From IMG/VR virus record IMGVR_UViG_3300020433_000743, positions 5,471-69,470 of that record: DNA of 64,000 bases, one strand, 5' to 3'. Of the stretch, positions 38,047 to 47,863 are shown one piece after another. A program made the translations under genes and the position numbers. This DNA comes from a virus. Each line of letters opens with the position of its first letter. The first letter of the stretch is position 1. The notes beneath the pieces were generated by a model. The model saw only the letters and a list, made by a program, of their open reading frames with translations. It was not told where the DNA came from and did no database searches.

Positions 38047-40262
38047 TACATACCTCTATCGGCCATGAATTTTTTAAATGCAGGAGAGTTGATTCCTCTC
38101 TTTGGATCTCTCATTCTAGCAGCTTTAGATCTCTTTGCATATGGTTTATCAGACTCGTCTGGATCCTTATGCTTTTCAGGATTCATAGCAACTTGTCTAT
38201 TTTCTAAGATACCTCTAATTAGATCAATACCTTCTTTGTATAATGCACTTGCTTCTTTATGCTTGCCTTGATTGGTTAAGGACTTAACCTTTTCCATCTT
38301 CTTCCTCTTAGCAAGTTGCATAGCAGTAGGTTTCTTTTCATTGTAATACTTACCAGTTCCTGACTCAGGAGTAGCCATACCTTCATCAATTCCTTCCTCT
38401 TTTACACAGTTAGGAACTTTTTTTCCACCCTTATCCTTAGTGCCTTTTGCTTTGTAACCATCCCAACATTTATCTGCACCTACATTCTTACGTGCTTGCT
38501 TAAGACTTTCTACATTAAGAGTTTTTGGATAGTCCTCGTCACCTGGTTTAGCAGGTTTTTCACCACGTTTTCTCTTTGCGTGAATGTTATCCCAAAGACC
38601 TTTCTTCTTACCTTCAACTAATTCACCTTCTGGTTCCTTAGAAGCCATGATACCTTGTGCTCTCAATTTATTTTTAACAAGATTAATTGCAGTAGGAAGT
38701 TCTCTTGGATCTCCAGTTCCATTAATTGTTGTTGGAATTGCAGCACCAGCATCGAAAGTTACATCAACCTTTGCTGATGGTGTATCATCTTTCTTTTCAA
38801 CAGGTCTATCAATCTCACCATAAGTTCCTTCGAACATAGCACTCTGCCAAGATTTTAAACCTAACCTATTGGTAGATTCTTTCACACCTTTTTTAGCCAT
38901 GGCTTTTTTAATTGCTTTGTCTCTTGATCCAAAATACTCATCCTTACCAGATTCGATTTTACCATCACCATCATAGTCTTTCTTGGCTTTCTTTTCTTCC
39001 ACTTGAACTTCCTCCTTGTTGTGTACATGTGCAAGATAAGTAGGAGATTTCTTCTCTACCGTACCACCTGCTCTTTTTTTCGCTTTGTTACCAGCACCCC
39101 TATCAGAATCTGGCCAATCACCACCACCTTTGGTAGCTTTCCTTGAATAACCTTTACCACCTAATCTTTCATCAAGGACTTCCTCCTTCATACCCTTAGT
39201 CTTTACACCTCTTCTTGCTCTGTGCTCTTCTCCTCTTTTTGCTGCAAGTTTTGCTCTCTCCGATGTGCCTTGACCACGAGGCCCAGCTCCAGCTGGATCG
39301 AAGTGACCTTTTTTACCAAACCTTCTCTCATTTCGGTCTGCTGCTACACCAAATACTTTTTTATCATCTACCTTTGCTTCATCAAGGACTTCACCCTCCA
39401 ATTCAGTATGTGCAACTATGTCTGCACCTGCACCAGATCTAACTGCTTGCATTTTCTTTTGGAGAATCATACGCTTTGCTATAGCAACTCGTTTCTCCTT
39501 TGGATCCATTTTGGGTTTTTCTTCTTTATCAGGTTCAACCTGTTCAGATTGAGTAGGGTTAATAGTAACCTTATTTTTACCCTTCATTACATCAATCTTC
39601 TTATTATTAGCTTCAGGATTTTCTCCCTCACCTACCTCAGCAATAAATTCTTCCTTAACCTTTTCTACATCACCAGGAATACCTTTACCTGCTTTTACAC
39701 TAGCAGTTGCTGCTCCTTTCTTTTTCTCACCTTCATATGGTGTACCTGCTCCACCAGTCATCTCAACAGATGCTATGTTAGGATTCTTTCTTAGTTCAGA
39801 GATCTTTGCACGATCAGCCATTCTTACGTATGATCTACCAGTCTTCTTATCCTTTACTCTTACTTTAAACTTTTTACTTACTTCTGCTTCAACTATTTCT
39901 TCTTCTTTCTTACCACCACCAATAGTAAATACACTATTCAATACATCAGAAACAGAAGACTTTACAGTATCAGTAATATCAACAAAATCGTAGGACTCAC
40001 CAACAAGCATCTTCTTAGCAACTGCCTTAACAGGGCCAGGTGCAGGTGACTTTCCTAGTTGAGAAAGATATGCTCTTTTTAATGAAACAGGGTCTGCTTT
40101 TTGACCTTCTTTAAATCCTTGCTTTACCTTATACCTAACATCATATGCAAGTTGACGTGCTTGCTTTCTAACTTTCTGGTCGGCACCTTGATCGCCACCA
40201 CCAGAAGGAGCAGGTTTAGCAGGTTGTGCAGAGGGATTTTCTTCAACTATATGGTTACTCAT
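38046..40262 (-). CDS. Large Lys/Glu-rich modular protein (probable capsid-internal polyprotein)
   Basis: 738 aa of short basic modules separated by (I/L/V)xE linkers. Confidence 0.65.
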   Translation of the reverse strand: MSNHIVEENPSAQPAKPAPSGGGDQGADQKVRKQARQLAYDVRYKVKQGFKEGQKADPVSLKRAYLSQLGKSPAPGPVKAVAKKMLVGESYDFVDITDTVKSSVSDVLNSVFTIGGGKKEEEIVEAEVSKKFKVRVKDKKTGRSYVRMADRAKISELRKNPNIASVEMTGGAGTPYEGEKKKGAATASVKAGKGIPGDVEKVKEEFIAEVGEGENPEANNKKIDVMKGKNKVTINPTQSEQVEPDKEEKPKMDPKEKRVAIAKRMILQKKMQAVRSGAGADIVAHTELEGEVLDEAKVDDKKVFGVAADRNERRFGKKGHFDPAGAGPRGQGTSERAKLAAKRGEEHRARRGVKTKGMKEEVLDERLGGKGYSRKATKGGGDWPDSDRGAGNKAKKRAGGTVEKKSPTYLAHVHNKEEVQVEEKKAKKDYDGDGKIESGKDEYFGSRDKAIKKAMAKKGVKESTNRLGLKSWQSAMFEGTYGEIDRPVEKKDDTPSAKVDVTFDAGAAIPTTINGTGDPRELPTAINLVKNKLRAQGIMASKEPEGELVEGKKKGLWDNIHAKRKRGEKPAKPGDEDYPKTLNVESLKQARKNVGADKCWDGYKAKGTKDKGGKKVPNCVKEEGIDEGMATPESGTGKYYNEKKPTAMQLAKRKKMEKVKSLTNQGKHKEASALYKEGIDLIRGILENRQVAMNPEKHKDPDESDKPYAKRSKAARMRDPKRGINSPAFKKFMADRGM

Positions 40263-40277
40263 TGGAAATCCTTAGAT

Positions 40278-41561
40278 TCAATTACTCTTTTTTCTATATT
40301 TATTTATGAATTGTTTTCCCCAGTCTTGGCCAGGAACCATTGACTTAGCATAATTGAGCAATGCAGGGGTACCAACTTCACGTTGGTTTGCAGGAACACC
40401 AGAAACTTTAGTATCGTTATTGTACTTGTTAGCTTCTGTAACATCCTTGATCCACGACTTGAACATAACATTATCTTCAGTCACGCAGATCAAATAGTTT
40501 GTGCCTCTACGGATAATCCTACCAACCAATCCGTGGTTAAGATTTTCAACTAAATCACCAACTTGATATATCTTTTTACCTACAAAATGTTCTCTTAAAT
40601 TTTCCCAGTCTAACTTAGGTGCGATTTTCCAAAGACTCCATCCTTCTTTAATATTCATACCTGCACGAATATTTTTAAAAAGTTCTCTAGCAACCTTCTT
40701 ATTCATTGCTGTTGGAACACCTTTTAAGAAGTTTTCAAAATCATTCTCTGCAGCATACTTTCTTTGCTTTGATGCAGACATTCCTGTTATATCATCAGCA
40801 TCAGGATCTCTATCACCAGCAGAACGAACTTCTACTTTATCAAAGTCATAATGTAATCCGTTGTAATTATTGACTAACTTATCAAATTCTTTCTGTCTAT
40901 CAGCACCACCTACAATTCTTACTCCTGCATAACCATCCATATGAGCCTTCTTCAATACATCAAAGATAGTTCTATTCTGAGCATCATTAACAATTCTCTC
41001 ACTATGATTAGGGAACATCTGTCTCATCACAGCAACTTTCTGATCAGCATCTAAAGGATTCTTTTTCTTATCCTGACTGCGTGAAGGTACTATAATATAG
41101 TCACCATCATCAGAAGATTTAGCCACAGTATCTAATAATTTCTCATGTCCTGTTGTTGGTGGATTAAATCTACCAAATGCAATAGTTAAAGTTCCCTTTG
41201 TTTTCTCAACTTGAGGAGGCATTAACTTCTCAGGATTTGCGGGTGCATCTGGATCATCCTCTTGTTTCATAGGTTCCTGAGGTGCAACATCCTGTTGAGG
41301 TACTTTACCTTTTGGTTGTGCCTGTGGTTGTGGTTGTGCTCCTGCTGGCAGTTTACCAGATAAATTCTTTTCTTTTTCTGTTGATGCTGGATCTTTACCA
41401 CCTACTTTCTGTCTCTTATTATAAAACTTTAATCTTCCTTTCTCTGTCTTTGCAACAAACTCTCCATCCTTGTACCAGCCTCCATGACCATCACCAGTCA
41501 ACCCCATACGGGCTGCCTGTTGTGTAGCAGATTCTGATAAAAAATTTAAAAAGGATTTCAT
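40278..41561 (-). CDS. Cytidyltransferase-like (HIGH-fold) protein
   Basis: FGRFNPPTTGHEKL, KNPL and MSASK motifs; MKSFLNFLSE N-terminus. Confidence 0.85.
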   Translation of the reverse strand: MKSFLNFLSESATQQAARMGLTGDGHGGWYKDGEFVAKTEKGRLKFYNKRQKVGGKDPASTEKEKNLSGKLPAGAQPQPQAQPKGKVPQQDVAPQEPMKQEDDPDAPANPEKLMPPQVEKTKGTLTIAFGRFNPPTTGHEKLLDTVAKSSDDGDYIIVPSRSQDKKKNPLDADQKVAVMRQMFPNHSERIVNDAQNRTIFDVLKKAHMDGYAGVRIVGGADRQKEFDKLVNNYNGLHYDFDKVEVRSAGDRDPDADDITGMSASKQRKYAAENDFENFLKGVPTAMNKKVARELFKNIRAGMNIKEGWSLWKIAPKLDWENLREHFVGKKIYQVGDLVENLNHGLVGRIIRRGTNYLICVTEDNVMFKSWIKDVTEANKYNNDTKVSGVPANQREVGTPALLNYAKSMVPGQDWGKQFINKYRKKSN

Positions 41562-41779
41562 TTATTTAATTCTAATTTTATCTCTTCTTCATGTGCAAGG
41601 ATATACTTAACGAGACTTGTTCGTAAGTTATCATATTTATTTAGTTTCTTTTTAGAATGAGTCTTTTTCTTAGGAATCTTAATACCATAGAAACAGTACT
41701 GTAAGAAAGCATTAAACCTCTGCTGACCTGATAGATCAGATTCAAAAGTTTTTATAAGGTTTTTCATTTCAGATTTCAT
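41558..41779 (-). CDS. Hypothetical protein
   Basis: 73-aa ORF coupled to neighbours. Confidence 0.6.
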   Translation of the reverse strand: MKSEMKNLIKTFESDLSGQQRFNAFLQYCFYGIKIPKKKTHSKKKLNKYDNLRTSLVKYILAHEEEIKLELNK

Positions 41780-43095
41780 TAAAATATCTTTCCATAAGGG
41801 CCATATCTTTTACCTGCTTTCTCTGCAGTAAAGATTAAAGAAGTACAGAAGTCATCTCTTTTATTTTTTGGAAGAGTCATTAAGGCATATAAAAATCTAA
41901 GTTGTTGTAATTTAGATACCGCAACCCAAGGTTGACCTCTATTAAGATCATAGGTTTCTTTTATATTAATTATAGCAGTTTCTACATCAACCTTTCCAAG
42001 ATCTACAAACCTATCAGAAATTAATTCATCAATGATTTTTCTATAATCATCTTCGACATCTCTAAACTCAGTTTTATTTCTTGGAAATGCTTTATTGTTT
42101 GGTTCATATGATTTCATTATACCATAAACTTTCATTAAATCCAATACTAATTCTACCGTTGCTTTACCTAATCTTGCTGCACCTTTACCTACAATAGTTG
42201 GTTCCCATTTTAAGTTACTAAATTTTGTAGAATCATTTGCTTTAATTTGAACTTTAAAATCTATTTTTTTCCCACTAACAATACCAGGATCTTTAATAGT
42301 TAGAATTGTATCTTGAGTTAAAGTAGCTGCACCTGGTGACCCACGTTTTTTTCCTCTCTCAATATCTTTCTTTGCTTTATCAGGATCAATTCTTTTTGTT
42401 CCTAAAAGACACTTTGCACTATCAAGAGTCATTTTAGTAGCCTTAAGGTTTTTAAAAAACGATCCACTTACATTAACTTCTTTCCATGATGCAGAACCCC
42501 CACCAATTTTTTTCAATGAGATTCCCATTATTTGTTTTGTCTTAAAAAGAGCTCTAAAAATAGCATTGAGTTTTGCTAATTCAGATTCTATAGAGGCAGT
42601 TGGATCTTTCTTATTCTTGAAAGATTCCATAATTTTTTTCTTCCACTTTGCTTCATCCTGTATTAACCAAATATCAGCAGGGTTCCAATTATCTTTTTGT
42701 CCTATATCAAATTCTTCTTTAACTAAATCAGTAACCCAATCCATAAAAGTCTCTCCACCTTTACTACCAGGTAAAATATATGCAGGTTTAGGGCCACCAT
42801 CACGAGAAAATTCTGTAAATTTTGGTTTACCTATTTTCTTTAAAAGTATTTTTGTTTGTTTATAAAAATTTATTACCCACTCACCATCAATATCATCATC
42901 CCATTCACATTTACCAACAGTTTTCCATACTTTAACTAACTCATCATATGTTACACTATCGTTAACAATATCATTAGCACTATTAAATACAACGTTGTCT
43001 TGAATAGCCCTTTTAAAAACCCACGCAGAACCTAGTTCCTGCATGCGAGTCATTGTTGCGGAAGAAACATCTTTACTAGTTTTCTTCTTAACCAT
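41779..43095 (-). CDS. Hypothetical protein, possible PD-(D/E)xK restriction-endonuclease-like fold
   Basis: MQE...WNPADIW...GISLKK spacing resembles PD-(D/E)xK active sites. Confidence 0.45.
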   Translation of the reverse strand: MVKKKTSKDVSSATMTRMQELGSAWVFKRAIQDNVVFNSANDIVNDSVTYDELVKVWKTVGKCEWDDDIDGEWVINFYKQTKILLKKIGKPKFTEFSRDGGPKPAYILPGSKGGETFMDWVTDLVKEEFDIGQKDNWNPADIWLIQDEAKWKKKIMESFKNKKDPTASIESELAKLNAIFRALFKTKQIMGISLKKIGGGSASWKEVNVSGSFFKNLKATKMTLDSAKCLLGTKRIDPDKAKKDIERGKKRGSPGAATLTQDTILTIKDPGIVSGKKIDFKVQIKANDSTKFSNLKWEPTIVGKGAARLGKATVELVLDLMKVYGIMKSYEPNNKAFPRNKTEFRDVEDDYRKIIDELISDRFVDLGKVDVETAIINIKETYDLNRGQPWVAVSKLQQLRFLYALMTLPKNKRDDFCTSLIFTAEKAGKRYGPYGKIF

Positions 43096-43102
43096 GTTTG
43101 AA

Positions 43103-43306
43103 TTACTTTTTAAAATATTTATTTATCACATCTACTTGGTCTTGATACTTAGCGATTATATTTAATTCAGTTTCAATCGCTTCTGTTATGTCAGAGTGTT
43201 CCCCAATACCTGCAGGATTAGACAAATAAACTTCTACATTCGCAACATGTTTTTGTATGTCTCCATGTGCGTGTGCTAATAGTGCTTTGATTAGTTGTTC
43301 CCTCAT
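43103..43306 (-). CDS. Conserved hypothetical protein
   Basis: ANVEVYLSNPAGIGEHSDI family. Confidence 0.75.
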   Translation of the reverse strand: MREQLIKALLAHAHGDIQKHVANVEVYLSNPAGIGEHSDITEAIETELNIIAKYQDQVDVINKYFKK

Positions 43307-43327
43307 AGTAACATTTTATACTCTGTA

Positions 43328-44275
43328 TTATATATGTGTGATTTCACCAATCACCCATGATTTATCAATATGAGGAAAACGAACTGTTGGTGAATGAATC
43401 GCCTCTTGTATATCTGATACCACTTCATCTGGAACAATCAAACAATATCCTATTCCTATATTAAATACTCTTCTCATTTCATCTTCTTCTATCTCACCTG
43501 CTTGTTGTATCTTATTAAAGATCTCTGGTCTCTTCCAAGAACTATAATCAATCTCTGCTTTTAATCCTTCTGGAATACATCTTGATACATTGCTAAGTAA
43601 TCCACCACCAGTTATATGGGCCATTCCAACTATTGGAAACTCTTCTAAAAGTTTCATAATAAATGGTGCATAGATTGTAGTAGGAGTAAGTAACTCTGGA
43701 GTATTTGATAATGCTATCTTATGTCTCCATAACATTTCATTTATTAATGTAAATCCATTACTATGTAATCCACTACTTTCAATACCAATTATCTTATCAC
43801 CTGCTTGAATGAGACTACCATCTATAAGTTCATTCTTTTCTACAATACCTGTACAAAATCCTGCAAGGTCGTATTCACTTTGATCAGTATGTTCAGCAGT
43901 CTCTCCACCTATAAGTTCCATTTCTGAAATCTCACATCCCTTAAGAATACCTACCATAATATCAGCAAGATTATCATCTATCTTTTGAGTAGAAATATAA
44001 TCTAAAAAATATAATGGTTTAGCACCACATGTGATTATATCATTCACACACATAGCAACTAAGTCTTGGCCTATCTTCTGGTAAGCAAACGGATCACTAG
44101 AGATTCTACATAGACTAATTTTAGTTCCAACACCATCAGTACCAGATACCAAAATAGGTTCCTCATATCCACGAGGAACCTTAAACATACCACCAAACCC
44201 ACCAATGGTTGGTGCTTTCTCTTTTAGTTTTTCAACAAAAGCATCTCCTGCTTCTATATCTACACCGTATTTCAT
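43328..44275 (-). CDS. purM: Phosphoribosylformylglycinamidine cyclo-ligase (AIR synthetase)
   Basis: GTDGVGTK, DLVAMCVND, GGETAE, SSGLHSNG and HITGGG motifs. Confidence 0.95.
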   Translation of the reverse strand: MKYGVDIEAGDAFVEKLKEKAPTIGGFGGMFKVPRGYEEPILVSGTDGVGTKISLCRISSDPFAYQKIGQDLVAMCVNDIITCGAKPLYFLDYISTQKIDDNLADIMVGILKGCEISEMELIGGETAEHTDQSEYDLAGFCTGIVEKNELIDGSLIQAGDKIIGIESSGLHSNGFTLINEMLWRHKIALSNTPELLTPTTIYAPFIMKLLEEFPIVGMAHITGGGLLSNVSRCIPEGLKAEIDYSSWKRPEIFNKIQQAGEIEEDEMRRVFNIGIGYCLIVPDEVVSDIQEAIHSPTVRFPHIDKSWVIGEITHI

Positions 44276-44907
44276 TAATATGAGATATTATCTAGAGTGA
44301 ATAAACTTATAAATTCAATATTCTCTTTTTCAAATAAATCATCTGCTTCGTCATTTTCTTGACGATCAACAATAGAAAGAACTTGTTCTACCTTATATCC
44401 AGCTTCACGTAATACCCTAACTGCCTTCATTGCAGATTCACCTGTTGTGACTACATCTTCTAACACACATATTTTACATCCTTGAACTGGTAATCTACCT
44501 TCAATCTGAGAAGTTGTACCATGATCTTTTGCTTCTTTACGAATAATTAATGCATCAAGTTTAGTTCTTTTATTTTGATCTAACCAAGAAGTCATTGCAA
44601 CAGATGTTACTAAAGGATCACCACCTAATGTAAGACCTGCTACTGCTAAAGTTTCATCATCAACCAAATCAAGAAGAAGTGTTCCTACTAGAATACTACC
44701 ATCACCAGATAATGTAACTGGTTTACAATTTACATAATGATCTGTTTTCTTACCAGAAGAAAGAGTATAATCTCCTTTACGATAAGCATCTGTTTGTAGA
44801 TCTTTTAAAAGACGATCCCTAAACATACGAAAGTGTTCTTCTTTCGTAGGGGGGTTTTTAGGTACACCTGTCTTAGGATCCCAGTTCTTAGGATTAAATG
44901 CAGTCAT
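44275..44907 (-). CDS. pyrE: Orotate phosphoribosyltransferase
   Basis: TLSSG, RKEAKDHG and LEDVVTTG motifs. Confidence 0.92.
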   Translation of the reverse strand: MTAFNPKNWDPKTGVPKNPPTKEEHFRMFRDRLLKDLQTDAYRKGDYTLSSGKKTDHYVNCKPVTLSGDGSILVGTLLLDLVDDETLAVAGLTLGGDPLVTSVAMTSWLDQNKRTKLDALIIRKEAKDHGTTSQIEGRLPVQGCKICVLEDVVTTGESAMKAVRVLREAGYKVEQVLSIVDRQENDEADDLFEKENIEFISLFTLDNISY

Positions 44908-45317
44908 TAGATATCTCCCTCTCTACGATTTTCTGAATAGTGAACATCAAACTCTCCACCAGGATATCTTGCTTTTAATTTCTCCACATTTCTTTCTACA
45001 ACATCATCAAATGATACATCTAAAGCCATACATGCTTGTGCTACGTACCAGAGAACGTCACCCAACTCAACAATAAGATGTTCTCTGTTAGCGTCGTTCC
45101 AAGGCTTACCTTGGAAAACCATCTTCTTAACGATCTCCATAAATTCACCACCTTCAGCATTAATACCAACAGCAGCAGTAAGAAGCCTGTGAATATCGGA
45201 ACCTTCTCCGTCAAGATATTTAAGACTCTCAAGGAAAGATTTATAATCTTTACTGGGATCGGATGTGACACCATCCACGAAATTAAGGTATCTATTAAAG
45301 TCAACTTTCTTAGTCAT
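44907..45317 (-). CDS. mazG: MazG-like nucleotide pyrophosphohydrolase
   Basis: AEGGEFMEIVKK, ELGDVLWY and KLKARYP motifs. Confidence 0.9.
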   Translation of the reverse strand: MTKKVDFNRYLNFVDGVTSDPSKDYKSFLESLKYLDGEGSDIHRLLTAAVGINAEGGEFMEIVKKMVFQGKPWNDANREHLIVELGDVLWYVAQACMALDVSFDDVVERNVEKLKARYPGGEFDVHYSENRREGDI

Positions 45318-46693
45318 TAAAATTTAAACTCCGCAAATGATTTTGTATGTTTCTTATCCTCAGTATTATACTCTTCTTCTTGTCCACTGTCAACTATATC
45401 CTGTTGTGCGGATTGTTCACAATCATACAATCTCATCTTAGCACGATCAATACCAATAACAAATCTTTTGTATATTGTAGGATCATTATATCTATTCTTT
45501 AATTGCTTAACCATTATCTGATTTAAACCTTCCAATTCTTCTGTACTAATGAGAGCAAACATAAGGTCAGCAGTAGCGGGAAGACCGAATGACTCAGAGG
45601 TATCAGTAAGATCAACGTCGCTACTAGCAAACCCACTACGAGTTGTTTGAGTTGCCGAGACGATGGGAAGATTTGCTTCAACCGCAAGACCACGGAGTTC
45701 TTCTGCGATTGCTTTGATGTATGAGTAACTGTTGACATTTGCTGCTGCCCGATAACGTGAAGACGCACATATATTTAAGTAATCTATGAATATAATATCA
45801 GGTTTAAAAGATTTTTTCAGTGCTAGTTCATTCAATAGTGCTTTGAAATGACCACTATGTGCTGATGCAGTTGGATATTCTTTAATAATTAATTGTCCTT
45901 GTGTTTTCTTACTGAGGTTAGTAACCTTTGTACCAAACATTGGTTTGGGTATATCAATTATATTTTGTATATTAACGTTTAAAAGATTAGCATCAATTCT
46001 TTCAGCAATCTTCTCCTCAGCCATCTCAAGCGTGATGTATAATACGTTCTTGCCTTGGAGTAACACACTGCTTGCGACATGACACATAAACAGAGACTTA
46101 CCAACACCAGTGCCAGCGAGAGCAATATTGAGTGTTTTATTTGGAAGGCCGCCCTTTGTAACTTTGTTGAAAAATTCAAGGTCGAACGGTATCTTGTCTT
46201 CTTTCTTGTGATATGACTCATATCTTTCCTCATAATCATTTAGATAATCATGTCCTATATGATTATCGAAAGAAACAGAAAGAGCGTCAGAGAGAATGCT
46301 AGGAATAGCATCCCTTCCTTTTTTGTCATCTTTTCCATCTGCTAAAGATATTGATTCCATTAGTGCTAAGTATATAGCACGATCACGACACCACTTTTCT
46401 GTAGAATCAAGTAACCATTGATTCTCTACAACTGTTTCTTCAAAAGAACTATTAAGTTCACGTATTTCTTTTATCTCATTCTCTGTAAGGTCTGTTCTAT
46501 TTTCAGTTTCAATATTTAATGCTTCAACTGTAATAGCAGAACCATACTTCACAATGAAGTTAGTTACTTCTTCAAAGATAACCTTTTCAGATCTTAGTTC
46601 AAAATATTCTGGTTTAATAAAGGGAATTACTTTGCGTGAGTATTCTTCATTGTAAATTAAATTTTTGAGAATAGTAGTCTCAATTCGTTCCAT
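45317..46693 (-). CDS. gp41: Replicative DNA helicase (T4 gp41)
   Basis: AGTGVGKS, IDYLNIC and QLKNRY motifs. Confidence 0.97.
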   Translation of the reverse strand: MERIETTILKNLIYNEEYSRKVIPFIKPEYFELRSEKVIFEEVTNFIVKYGSAITVEALNIETENRTDLTENEIKEIRELNSSFEETVVENQWLLDSTEKWCRDRAIYLALMESISLADGKDDKKGRDAIPSILSDALSVSFDNHIGHDYLNDYEERYESYHKKEDKIPFDLEFFNKVTKGGLPNKTLNIALAGTGVGKSLFMCHVASSVLLQGKNVLYITLEMAEEKIAERIDANLLNVNIQNIIDIPKPMFGTKVTNLSKKTQGQLIIKEYPTASAHSGHFKALLNELALKKSFKPDIIFIDYLNICASSRYRAAANVNSYSYIKAIAEELRGLAVEANLPIVSATQTTRSGFASSDVDLTDTSESFGLPATADLMFALISTEELEGLNQIMVKQLKNRYNDPTIYKRFVIGIDRAKMRLYDCEQSAQQDIVDSGQEEEYNTEDKKHTKSFAEFKF

Positions 46694-47687
46694 AACTAAA
46701 GTGTTGCTGTGCTATAGCATCAAGTTTTTCCATTATATCATTAGTAAAGTAATCTGTGGGGTTTGCGTAGATTTGTTTCGCATAAACCTTTTTATCACCC
46801 ATCTGATATCTACCTGCTACATTTTTCCACAGGCCTCCAATCTCTCCTAATTCAAGAAGACCATAATAACGATCAAGTCCTCTCTCATCAAAATACAGAC
46901 GTATTTCTACATCTTTATTCTCTCTACTTAAGCGAGATTTAACCGTCTTAGCTTTAATAATGTTACCAACAACTTCCGTCTTATCCTTTTCTTTTTTCTT
47001 TGAAAGATAAATGATTGTAGACGCGGCATACTTGAGGCCACTACCGCCTCCCATTTCTTTAGTCGGGACATAAGATCCGATGACATCATAGGTGTGATTT
47101 GTAACTATAAGGGGAATGTCTGCTTGACCCAACTTTAAAGTTAACATTCTAAACGCACCTTTGACTAATTGAGATTTAGTCATATCACGGACTTGCTTAT
47201 CGTCCAGTGCATCTCGGATTTCCTTCTCCGTGGAAAGCATTCCTAAAGAGTCTAACACAAACATACATGGTTTGCGATCTTCTATAGGCATTTCTAGATA
47301 TTTAGCAACTGCCTTAAGTGCCTTTGTTCTAAACTCTTCTATTGTTACTACATTTACTACTACTGTACGTGTTAGATCTAGCCCACGTGATTCAAGTAAT
47401 CCTTTATTAACGGCAGCCTCAGTATCGAAATAGAGACAGTAACCATCAGGGTTCCTATCCAAAAAATTCTTGACCACTGCGAGGGAGAAGTAAGTTTTAC
47501 CAGTGCTAGACTCACCAGCAATAGCAGTGATTTTATTACTAGACACACCACCATAAATGGAACCACTAACCAATCCGTTAAAGATGTACGATCCTGTGTC
47601 GATGTATCTTTCTGTTTCATCTATGTCTGCTGCTATTTGGGTGTATTCGTCACCAATTTCTTTAACAATGTCTTTAAGAAAATCCAT
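46680..47687 (-). CDS. uvsX: RecA-like recombinase
   Basis: GESSTGKT, LDSLG and MGGGSG motifs. Confidence 0.96.
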   Translation of the reverse strand: MDFLKDIVKEIGDEYTQIAADIDETERYIDTGSYIFNGLVSGSIYGGVSSNKITAIAGESSTGKTYFSLAVVKNFLDRNPDGYCLYFDTEAAVNKGLLESRGLDLTRTVVVNVVTIEEFRTKALKAVAKYLEMPIEDRKPCMFVLDSLGMLSTEKEIRDALDDKQVRDMTKSQLVKGAFRMLTLKLGQADIPLIVTNHTYDVIGSYVPTKEMGGGSGLKYAASTIIYLSKKKEKDKTEVVGNIIKAKTVKSRLSRENKDVEIRLYFDERGLDRYYGLLELGEIGGLWKNVAGRYQMGDKKVYAKQIYANPTDYFTNDIMEKLDAIAQQHFSYGTN

Positions 47688-47716
47688 AATTTTTTAATTC
47701 ATTAAGTAGTTTAGTG

Positions 47717-47863
47717 TTAGATATCACACTCATATTGTTCAGGTCTTTCTACATTCAACTCATCTCTAATATTTTTTAAAAGATAATATAGTCTAGTATC
47801 ACCACCTAAGGCAAGAGCCCTTACAATAGTATCTAAATCTTTATAGTTGATAGGTAATTCCAT
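47717..47863 (-). CDS. Small hypothetical protein
   Basis: MELPIN...ALALGGDTRLY; lies between gp43 and uvsX. Confidence 0.6.
   Translation of the reverse strand: MELPINYKDLDTIVRALALGGDTRLYYLLKNIRDELNVERPEQYECDI

Noticed and set aside
38065-40343. Several Phe/Leu/Ser-rich plus-strand ORFs (e.g. 39222..39794)
   Set aside because: They are the reverse complement of the Lys/Glu-rich 738-aa gene, not independent genes.
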